Below are positions 53,207 through 64,000 of a stretch of 64,000 nt of DNA, piece by piece. Origin of the DNA: Octopus sinensis (Eukaryota). The position numbers and the translations under genes are program-made. A model generated the notes under the pieces. That model ran no database searches, was not told the DNA's origin, and saw only the letters and a list, made by a program, of their open reading frames with translations. Position 1 is the stretch's first letter. Every line of letters begins with the position of its first letter. The stretch lies in the NCBI RefSeq assembly GCF_006345805.1, contig NC_043006.1, forward strand, positions 28,086,001-28,150,000. The letters are read 5' to 3'.

Positions 53207-53565
53207 TGATTTCTAACAATAATTTATGCTCCCAAACATTCTAATTTCAGCATTAATTCCGTTCCTTTGTTCTATATCTACGCCTAATCAATGAGTCCCT
53301 CAGTATTATTATTACTTTTGTAATTACAATGGAGTCTTTGTAGAGGAGGAATAATGAGGTCAAAACATATTCGCGTTTGTTCCCCTTACATATAGAAATT
53401 ACTAAAATAACATTAATCATTGATTAGTATTTTCTCACTACATAATTATTTCTAATTTACTTTTATATGTTCACTACTTTAAATACCGCAGCATATATAT
53501 GTTTATATGAATATGTATATGTATGTCTATGTATGTCTATGTTTTATATATATATAATATATATA

Positions 53566-53615
<50 letters not shown>

Positions 53616-53620
53616 AAATA

Positions 53621-53688
<68 letters not shown>

Positions 53689-53689
53689 T

Positions 53690-53720
<31 letters not shown>

Positions 53721-53728
<8 letters not shown>

Positions 53729-54235
53729 ATTGTGAATTGAAGAAATGGAGCTGAACGCAGATTGAACAGAAATCGTTTTATTTCATTCTACACGTGTTTC
53801 GAAAGGCACAAATTACCAAAATCCGATTGAATAATGGGACCATATTGTGTCTTTCTCTTCAGGAAGAAAGGAGGAAATCCGTTGGAAAAACAAAAACAGA
53901 ACAGAGGCGGAGCAAAAAACAAATCGAACTGTGCTCCTAAGAGCCCATGGCGAAACACAATATGGTCCCATTATTCAATCGGATTTTGGTAATTTGTGCC
54001 TTTCGAAACACGTGTAGAATGAAATAAAACGATTTCTGTTCAATCTGCGTTCAGCTCCATTTCTTCAATTCACCAATAATGTTTTAATTTCAATTATCCG
54101 CACCAACGCACGGTTGCAACGCCAGATGGTAGTACCTCCAACCGTGCTGTTTACTGCTGTGATTTTTGCTACTAAGGTATCGGTTAAACTTTTGATTAAT
54201 CTACTACAAGATTATTCATCTTTCTATTTCACATA
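53721..54235. mobile_element. TA-flanked Penelope-tail/retrozyme-like element with near-perfect 130-bp inverted arms
   Basis: 53721-53850 inverted at 53955-54086. Confidence 0.82.
53781..53869 (-). ncRNA. Type I hammerhead ribozyme motif (intact core)
   Basis: Minus strand UUUCUUC-CUGAAGA-GAAAGACACAA..UUGUGCCUUUC-GAAAC-ACGU-GUA-GAAUGAAA. Confidence 0.85.
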
Positions 54236-54554
54236 ATATATATATATATATATATGATCAATTTACAAGGCAAGATCCCAGTATCTACCCTGTTATTTTC
54301 TTCTTAGCCAAGTCGAAGTAATTTGGTAACGTCATGTAGTGAAGAAGTAAATGCAAGTGTCGTTTAAATAAAACATTTAAACCACAATCCGATGCTTTCC
54401 CATTCTTTTACTTTGATGTCGTCCTCATGCCTCTTTCATCTGCTACCTCAACATCTTTAGCTTCACCTCTCCCACTATAGGTGTATTCTTGACGCTAGAT
54501 AGTCCTGGTTGTCTGCCAGTTTGATTATGAATAATGTCTGTCAGTTGTCCAACT

Positions 54555-56171
54555 ATCGCATAGACACAAGAAACAGCAGTATTTTGTGAAACCTGACTGC
54601 ATTCCCATTAACATTCCAATGACTTTTAAATCTCCACATATTTTCTATGAGTATCTTTCATAGGCAATGGCATGAAATAAAAATTCCATATTCTCGTAAA
54701 ATTCATGAAGATGAACGGAGTTTGCAATAGGAATGGAGGGCTTCAAATTACCATTATGGAAAAGTACAACTTTTAAACTTCGTTTTGAAGAATTAATAAA
54801 TAAACGCCACTCTGCAGGATCATGGCATTCGAAAAGTCCATCGATGTTACTGCAAAAGCAAAGCAGGCCTTCAACAGAAAAACACGTTTGTAGAACCACA
54901 TTTCTCTGCCGAAAATAAGTTAGATGAACACCGTTCTCTAGCAGATACTTCTCCTTCAGTCTTGATGCCAACAGCTCTGCTTCATCTTTTGAGAGGGATA
55001 GGGCTCGGAAAAGGTCATTCAGTTCAGCTTGGGAAAATTTCTGAGGTTCAAAGCTATCGTCATCAGCCACGTAATTTTTCTCAACAGTACTATCGTGACA
55101 GTCAGCATCATCGTCTGAAGTTTCAATACCTATTTTTTTACTACCAACAAGGGCTAAACACAGAGACAAGAAACAAGGACAGACAAAGGGATTAAGTCGA
55201 TTACATCGACCCCAGTGCGTAACTGGTACTTAATTTATCGACCCCGAAAGGATGAAAGGTAAAGTCGACCTTGGCGGAATTTGAACTCAGAACGTAACGG
55301 CAGACGAAATACGGCTACGCATTTCGTCCGGCGTGCTAACGATTCTGCCAGCTCACCGCCTTACCATCATCTGGTGGGACTGGAATTGGCAGGCTTCCAT
55401 TGTGAGGCACAGGTCTCATTGCAGAATCCAAGTTGGGATACACAATTTTGTGTTTATTCTTTATAGAAAATCCTGTGACATTTACTTTACAAAAATAACA
55501 GTCATTAAAATGATCTTTCGGCTCCCTCCATATCATTGGAATGTCAAAAGGAATGGACTTATTATTATTGAACCATTCACGTAAGCCATTTGAGCAAGCT
55601 GAGCAGATAAAATGTGGTGCCCATAACTTATCCTGATAGTATAGCTTATAGATCTTCTTGATCTCTGGTGTTATTGTACGTTTTTGAGCTTTCACAATAA
55701 ATTGTCCATAGACATAACAAATACATCAGGACGATTTCTACACTGTCTCGACATTGTTAACAGTGTAAAACAAGTAAGGAAATAGATACAAACGATTATA
55801 CTTATATTGAATTTGAGATGATGAAATATTTCATCAGACCAATTGTGACTGGACAAGTTGAGATGTTGAAATACCTATTTCATCAGGCAAAACTTGATTG
55901 GTTAATCTAAGATGATGAAAGATTGCATCTGAACTATGCAACAATGAATAATGTAATCAATTGTAAAGGTATGTTTCCATGATGTAAATGAAATACATGC
56001 ACACGTCATTAATTGGAGTTTCTATATAATGCATGAGCTAAAACCCCAAAACTTTTTCATCTTGAAAACTGTACGTGATGTCAAAAAAGTAATTTATATT
56101 TGAAAGCAGCATTAAAAACTACATTAAGTACACTTGATATATGCTTGATGAAAAATACTTGTTGACCAGCG
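54555..56171 (-). mobile_element. Chapaev3-like DNA transposon remnant with a SINE inserted at 55127-55361
   Basis: WAPHFICSAC..PMIWREPKDHFNDCYFC..YPNLDSAMRPVPH; FSQAELNDL..AELLASRLKE..WRLFINSSKRSLKVVL; end C(G)CTGGTCAACAA; superfamily assigned from memory. Confidence 0.75.
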
Positions 56172-56539
56172 TTATTACTGTATATGTGTGTGTGTGTGTG
56201 TGTATGTACATACATTCGTACATGCATACATGCATAGATGATTGTATGTATACATATATACATATATGCATGCACACACAAGACTGGATTTAAACGTTGA
56301 AGGGGTTTGGGACACTTCAAGTTTAAAAATTAAATTCCCTGACAAATCACCAAATTCACTTCTCAAAAGTCGTCAACTGCATGTTATTGAAATTGACAAG
56401 TTACCACATAGAATGTTCAAGTGTAGATGTGGAAGCAAAATTTTATCATCTAAATTAATTACAGCAATTTTTACCACCTTACCGCTATATACTACAATAA
56501 CTGTAAAAAGTCTTTCTTTCCACACTTGGCATTTGAAAA

Positions 56540-57560
56540 ATCTTTAATGTATTTCTCAAACTGCATCGTCTTTAGAACATTGTTCCTTATATCCCAAAAT
56601 CACAGAACACATAGTCTTTCATTGGCCATCGTGGTTCTCAAACAACTCTTTATCAGTCTCAGTTTGCTGAATGACCTCTCTCCTGAACAACGAGTGCCAC
56701 CAAACTCGTATATATTCGAAGAGCTACATCAACACTAGGAAAGGCATCAGCAAGCCTTTCATCAGGGATTAAAAGTGTCTGTTGTGATGTTGAGATGTAA
56801 TTTGACTTAGAAAAGGCTGCAAATTGTACGATATCTTCTATGAATACATTACTAAAATCGTAGGGGAAAGCGGTCGATGAATTTCTCAGTTTCAGATCTC
56901 CTCACTGCATTAGGTAAACACCATAACTTTGAACTCGTAACGCACTAATTTACTGGCTAATTTTGTTTTTGTAAGGCATCCTTTGACAGGCTGTAACTGG
57001 AGCCGCTTTCTCAAATACTGCTTATTATTGTCATGGATAGTATTAAATACAGAATTTTTAAAATAACGACACTGCTCATCTGGTTTGCCTCCACCTGGTT
57101 GATAATGCATCGAGATTCAGAATGGGATTAAGAGGCATTTTTCATTTTATATGTAGCCGATTTTGAATGAAAGAACATGGACACATACTTTCCTCGGGTA
57201 GAAAATCACATAGCTAGGTCTACATCCCGTGACAGCACTTTACTATCTATGTCAGTAGGATGCGGTGATTCTTCATCTTCAATATATTGGGTTGATACAT
57301 GACTACTATTTTCTGCATATGCATTTGGAAGTGCAGCCAGTTCTTCAAAAGGGGCATTTGGTATTGATTCTTTATCATTTGTTTCTGAGTTTTCCTTTTT
57401 CCTTTTTCGAAGCAAAAAAAAAAAAAAAAAAAAGAAATTCTGAAAGGCGTTGTGTTTTTGCTAATACTACAGCATTTTTTTCACTTCTTTCCTTAAAAAT
57501 TTTACTTTTCTGAGTTCCAGACCGGTGAATTTTCATTAGCATACTGGGTATTCTCTGTGT
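56540..57560 (-). pseudogene. Decayed hAT (ZMYM1/Tip100-like) transposase
   Basis: C-terminal dimerisation-like LRLIKSCLRTTMANERL (~56610-56665); basic N-terminus SGTQK..KTQRLSEF. Confidence 0.55.
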
Positions 57561-57699
57561 GAATATAATATGAATAAAAATAAAGCGAAATTCGTCTCAA
57601 AAATAAAGTAAACGGGAACTGATAACAACAATCTAGAAACATTTTGTATCCAATAAATAAATATATGAATAGATAAATATAGGTTACGCATGGTTATAT

Positions 57700-58560
57700 C
57701 TTACGGAAACTTGAAGTTGAAGCTCACTTTAAGATGAAGTGTGACTTCTCTTAAACTCGTCACCGTTACATTACTTCAAATGTTATGCATTTGCAATTCA
57801 ACGGCAGGATATTGCCACAAAACACCCAATAAAAACAATAGATAGTGGCGTCCTTAAACTACCAAGATACGACTGAAAGTGTCGATTATGTCAGATTTCT
57901 ATGAAAGACATTACACATGTGATCAGCAGCTGTCCCCATGTCGTGTTACTAATTCCCTTAGCAACTTGAAGCTGTTGCTAAAACAATATACAATACCATA
58001 TGTAGGAAAGATGTTCCAGGATAAATATAGACAATGCCCTAGTTATTGAATACATACATGTATATTAACACAAGGAATATTAGTGGAACATTCCCATCAA
58101 AATTTCTACCAAGTGCAAACGCAACAAATCTGATATAATCATTTGGAACAGAAAAGAAAACTCATGTAGAGTCGCAGAGGTCAGCCGTCCTGCAGGTCTT
58201 TATCTTTTATCTTTTACTTGTTTCAGTCATTAGACTGCAGCAATGCTGGGGCACCGCCTTGGATTTTAGTCGAACGAATCAACCCCAGTACTTATTTTTT
58301 AAAGCCTGATACTTATTCTATCGGGTCCTTTTTCCGAACCGCTAGATTACGGGCACTGAAACCCATCAATAATTATTGACACACTTGGTGATGTCAATGA
58401 ATGTTTAAATGGTAATCTTCATAAGCTAGGGCTTTCAGGCAAAGAAAATGACCAGTTAAGATGCATCTTACAAAAGCCACCTGTCGGTAGAAGAATTAAG
58501 GTATGAGAAACTTCCTTAAAGTTCAACGGGTAACTATGACTGTTTTTATTATGTAAATTA
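57700..58560 (+). mobile_element. R4/Dong-type LINE 3' fragment split by a SINE (58197-58360)
   Basis: KCRLC..DITHVISSCP; WNIPI..NKSDIIIWN..EVS.PA; IIIDTLG..KLG. Confidence 0.7.
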
Positions 58561-58716
58561 TTCTGAAGGAATTTTGTTCTTTTGTTAAAGACCGTAGTCT
58601 CCTTATCTATACTATGATGGAGAAAGCTGCTTATTATGTATGTAACAAAAAGAAAGCAATTATTAAAGGGTTGACTATCTGGAAATATTTTTATAAATTC
58701 ATGTTCTAAGAAATTT

Positions 58717-61170
58717 CTTTCTTTATTGCCCACGAGGGGCTGACAAAGAGGGGATAGCCCAGCCTAATCGGAGTCAGACATACAGATGAGTATAATTAAA
58801 AATTCACGTGCGGTTATAATGAAATCGAATGAAATACAACATAAAAGACAAAATTACAAACAAACAATGAGGTAGTAAAAAAACAGGTTAAGCTCCGACT
58901 CCACGAACCCTGTTCTGCTACTGGTACCTTTTTATTCAACATTATAGCACGTTCATGAGGAGTCTGTCACACCCAGCATCCTCGCTACACGCATCCATCT
59001 GTCTTTAAACATCCTCTCCGACAGGCATCATCTCTCTAGCCTCACTGTTCTTTTCAAGTGAAAGGTGAAGAATCTCACCAACCTGAGACCAGAGGTGAAG
59101 TTGCCTGTTGCCAATCCTTTCATTCTCGACTTCCACTCACCCCTTTCGCAATTGCTATTAGTACGAGAAAGCAATCCTTACCTTCTTTCGTGAGGAAACC
59201 CGGCGGGTCAATTTCTAAAATTGACTCAGATGACAGCTGTACTCTTCTTGAATCCGACAACAAGTGTTCCGCATAAATCCACACTTCTGACACTTCCAGA
59301 CACTGAACAATAGCGTGCAGGACGGTTTCCCTATCCTGCTCGCATCCTGGACAGGCCGAAGGACCGGGCTGGCCGTGTCTGGTGAGCTTATCCCGAACGG
59401 GTAAGGCTCCTCGGTAACATTGCCAGGCCAGAGATTTTTGGAAGTTATCCAAAGTCCTTGGCCCGAATGTCCTTTGGAACAGACTGTCTGACTGGTTATC
59501 CTCGAGACCCAGGGTCTCCCCTAGGGCGTCATCGTTTCTAATCTTTACCAACCTGCTATAGAAAGATGCAGTGGTACCAAAACCACTGGCACTACCCGAG
59601 CAACAGAACAGTAGGAAGGCCTTACGGCACTCCGTAAACCATGTACCCAACCTCGATCTTCGACGAAACCAGCTTTCTCGTCTACCGAAACTAGTGAACC
59701 TAAGAAACATCCGTTTCACAAGCAGAGACCACATCCGTTCACCATCCAGGAGAAGCCAGAGGTACATGAACCTCAGCGCGTACTTGCGCATCAACAGCCA
59801 AGGCATCCCTAGTCCTCCCTTTAACGGGTTCTGACAGCAGGTAGAACGCCTCACAAGTGGAGTCAAGGCCTTCCACAAATAGCAGAAGTTTTGTCTCTCC
59901 AACTTGCTCAACCACGAATCAGGGCAGAGAACGACAGTTAGGCGGTAAATAATGACCGATGCGATAAACACATTGACCACCTCCGTCCTCCCTTTCAAGG
60001 ATAGCCACCGCCAAGACCAGGTCTTGACTATCTGGGTCACCTTGCTCGATACCTTTGCCCAATAACCTCTGGAATTTTCTCCAGAGTCAGTGGCTCCGCT
60101 TGGATCAATAATTTTACTGTCTGACCCGACCAGTTTTTTTCTCTTCCATTACTTCTGCAGATAACAGCGTTATTTCATCTTATAAATCCAGCATAACTGC
60201 TGCCACCAGCCATTCACCTCCGGCAGGGCGTACTAATCTTGATCCGCGAGGTTCTCCTCCCCATATATATAGGCAGGAATACCACCTCCTCCGTTCTTAA
60301 TAGTTCGACCGAGTGATGATTTGCCTTCTCGGCCGACTCCATTCTTACTTCTATGGTCGTGTACCTTTTTCCCCTTGTCACATATTTTATATCGCCCGAT
60401 ATGGGCTTTAAACATTTTTCAATATTTTTTCATTTACATATTCAATTCTTTTTTCTCCACATTGTATGTTTTGAAAATGGTTGTTCTTTCCAGAGCGTCT
60501 GTTATAATGCTTTGTGGAGGGGCTACTTTAATTTCGGTCTCCTCTCTTGACAATAACTCACTGTGTCCTCTTAAATTTTCGGTATTAATTTTCCTAGTCC
60601 TGCTCCCGGCGGCTGCCGCGAAGCTCATCTCCTTTGTACCACTTTGTGCTTCGCCAGTTGCAAGACTGGACACCGCCACGTTCCTCCTCGCGTTCAACTT
60701 TGTTTTTTTCCTCCTTTCTAGGTGAGTCTTTACTTGTACTAGGCTTTGGGGATTCTTTAGTTTGGCATTTTCTTGGTGATTCTTTGTTTGGAGATTCATT
60801 CTCCGAAGACAACATTTCTGGTTCCATTTCAAAAATGGCACCACATAAAATTCACACAGCAACACATTTTTTGAACAATAGCAATTCCCCCTCACGCGGG
60901 AGAATTAACAATTTGCTTTACAAAAAAGCAATTAACAGTTTTTTTTTCAAATAAATATCAACAAGTTTAACAACAGCAACAATTCCTCACCTTCAATAGC
61001 ACGACCAATAACAACCAAACAGCACCAACCAAACGAATGTTCGTCGAAATTTTCTATAGTTTCGTTTTTTCAAGTTTCTTGAATTTTTTAAACTCCAATT
61101 TCTTGCAAATTTAAATATTCACTGCGTCCAATTCATCACAAATTTAAATATTCACTGCATTCGCTGCAGA
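58717..61170 (-). mobile_element. L1/Tx1-type LINE with ORF1, ORF2 C-terminus and 3' UTR; EN and RT deleted
   Basis: ORF 59120-60040 WSWRWLSLKGR..GGLGMP..LAWQCYRGALPVRD..CPGC..ETVLHAIVQC; ORF1 SFAAAA at 60434-60895. Confidence 0.88.
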
Positions 61171-62433
61171 GTATTCCATTTCATTTGCAAAGTCTCTCAC
61201 TTTCTCTTTTAAATTTAATTCGCTATTAATGTAAATGTAATGTAAAAAACATAATTTTTTGAATGAAATTTAAAAAAAATAACCGTATAATTTTTGAATG
61301 CGGGATAGCTGTGAGAAGAACCTAGAAAGTTGGGTAATTAAGCGTGTGTGTGCTGTTCACTAACAAAACTTCGTGCTGTATCTCTTTTGTGAAGTTTTGT
61401 CAGTGAACAGGTCGCGGTTTCAAAGCGACGAATATATTCTGACTCAAATGAAGTTTTAATGTTGAAGTGAAACTAACGGTATTTGTGTGTTCTTGAATGG
61501 TTTACAAACATCTTCCACGCTGCAATTGTTTTTGTTTCAGCACACGATTTCAGATCAAGTCACTTGCTATGCAAGTACAGCTCCGTAATTTTAAAAAAAT
61601 CACTGGATAAATGACCTTCTCATGCTCTCCAGTATTTTAATTTCTAAACAGAAACAATCGGCGGCAGGGAATAGAGTTGCAAAAAGTTCATAATTTCTGA
61701 AATTTTCTTTTCTATAGTATATAAATGTATTTATGGGGGAAAATAGTGAAAAACATTAATACATGCGAGAGTGATAAAGAAACGAGGAGGGTTGTCGTTG
61801 GATGTGCTAGAAACATCAGCTAAATCGCCCTTAAATCACTTTCTCTCTGAAAATATTAACAATTGAAAAAAAAAATTTTTTTTACCGAAAATGCTCTTCA
61901 CATGGTTTTGAAGTGCAAAAAAATTGACTAAAATAGGTCTGGAGTGGGGTGATGTGGGAGGGGGATGTAAAAAAGAGAATTTTCAGAACTTTTTCAAACA
62001 AAGATACTCCCCAATTCCATAATTTCGAAGGCTGTGGTTAAAAAAAAAAAAAAAAAAAATGGGGAAAATCCCCGAAAAAATTTTCCCACAAATTTCTTTA
62101 TAATCGTATTCTATGCCGTTTGAAAGGGATTTGTATAAATTTTCATTAAAAGATACCCATCTTCCTGAAAGTTATGAGGGAAAAAATTCAGATGGCTTGA
62201 ATTTTCTGAAACTCCTCTCTCCACCCCCTCGCAAAAAATCTTCCCTTTAAATCCCCGTATACTCTGAAGCCACAAAATCTAAGCGGTATTTGTAGAAAAT
62301 TTTGTTAAAAAGTATCCATTTTTCTGGATGTTATGAGGCAACAAAGTTGGAGGCATATACATCTGTAGTAATGCCCTTTTATTTATACGATTTTTTCATT
62401 TCATGTTTATTTCATTCATTGTTTGCAATGTTT

Positions 62434-62477
<44 letters not shown>

Positions 62478-63289
62478 ACACACGCACACACACACACACT
62501 GCAAAGCTTACAGGTGGGCTGCTGAAATGAAATCTCTTTGTTGCTTTGAGAGGAAAGTAAAACTTGACAAACTGTTTGTCCCCCTGTTGTTGGACTACCG
62601 TAATGCTTGTTTAAAAAAAGAGAGATTATGATTGTGATAAAATAATAATGAAAGCAATATTTGCTAAGCAAGTGAGCACTATTATACAAAGAAACAATTA
62701 GACGTAAAATATGAGAAATTATTAGAAATGGGAATCAAATATGAAAATATTATCAAGGGGCTAGTAGAAAACCTCCCGAAGGGTGGTCTATCTGCTAGTA
62801 TGAATAATTCAAATAAACTCTGTATAATAACAGCCAACGTTGGTTGATTTCTCCAGTCATGCGTTACATCGTAAAAGGAGGGGAGGAGAAAGAAAGACAG
62901 AGAAAGGGAGAAAGAGAGAGGAAGAGAGAAAGAAAGAAAGAGAGAGAGAGGAAGAGAGAGAGAAAGGGAGAGAGAGAGTAAAACAAAGACAAAGAGAGAG
63001 TTAACATAAGGGTGAGTGCATTAACTAGTCTTCATGACAGGCAATGTGTAAGTGAAAGGAAAATAATCATAGACAAAGGAGGAGGAGGAGGAAGAAGAAG
63101 AGGAGGAAGAAGAAGAAGAGGAGAGGCTGTGTATTCACACACATGCACATGTATTTAATAACGAGACAAAGACAGAAAGAGCGAGATGTTGAATAGTTGT
63201 GGACCCGTGAAACCTAAGCTGTTACAGTACTGAGTCCTAATTCTACATGGAGATGACATAATCTTTGGTATTATTCTGTGTTGTCCAAT

Positions 63290-64000
63290 TCAGTGATTGG
63301 TGTATCTTGCAATTTCAAAGCTGGGTGTTAGACCTTCCAGAATCTTCCATAAGTATATAATTGCACATCTTTTACGTCTTCTTTCTAGGGAGTAGTGCTT
63401 CAGTTCCCTTAGCCTCTCCCAGTAGCTCATCTGTAGCACCCGCTCAATCTTCTTAGTGTAGCAGCGCTGGGTTGCCTCAAATTCTACCACCACTTTAATG
63501 CTCTGCGGTGACCACAGTTGAGAGCAGTAATCCAGATGACTGAGAACGAATGTTCTCCTTAGGAATCTCTCTCTATATAAACGGCAAAATGTCTGTGTGT
63601 GTGCGTGTGTGTGTATATCCTTTATACAAATCCACAATTTTTCAGTTAGAGGGCTCGCACTTTCTATGGTCATTCAAAACCGTCCAAGGGTGGTCGTGCA
63701 CATCTTTACATTTCCCCAGTCGCCCCGCAAAGCCATTAAAAATCAATAGAAGTGACTTTTTTGTGAATTTTCTATCCAAAACCCAATCAAAATGCCCGAA
63801 ACTTGATACGCCGATTGAATGCCAGCTAGCTGTATGTGATTGGTCGGAGATTTGGTCTGTACTCGCGTGTATGTGCGCACGCACGCACGCAGCTGTATAT
63901 GCATGCACTAGTACTATGACCCGGTGTTGCCGGGTCATAGTGCTAGTAACATAATATCCTTTTTCCTGATTTTGAATGACCGCAGAATCTAACCAGCTAC
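63290..64000 (-). mobile_element. CR1/L2-type LINE RT C-terminal fragment
   Basis: ILRSFK..ML|..VLSHLDYCSQLWSP..SYWERLRELKHYSLERRR. Confidence 0.85.
63566..63946 (+). mobile_element. Non-autonomous Helitron inserted in the CR1
   Basis: A|TC start, hairpin ACTATGACCCGG-tgttg-CCGGGTCATAGT, CTAG|T end, no TSD. Confidence 0.88.

Overview
AT-rich, repeat-saturated animal genomic DNA, most likely an octopus (inferred from the SINE types and TTAGGG-type repeats, not proven). One host gene is supported: the first five coding exons of TRAPPC5/Trs31 on the minus strand (709-10875, 3' end outside the window). Its fourth intron carries U12-type (minor spliceosome) signals. The rest is nested transposon debris: Tc1/mariner, RTE, R4/Dong, L1-Tx1, CR1, Gypsy-like LTR, Helitron/Helentron, Chapaev3-like, hAT, a Penelope-like element, MITEs and many tRNA-derived SINEs. 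The most notable non-coding signal is a set of short, mutually dissimilar elements sitting in (TA)n tracts that carry type I hammerhead ribozyme motifs with a palindromic stem III and usually a long stem II. Two have intact cores (18701-18788 and 53781-53869, both minus strand). All calls were made by eye and repeat boundaries are approximate unless a TSD or TIR is quoted.
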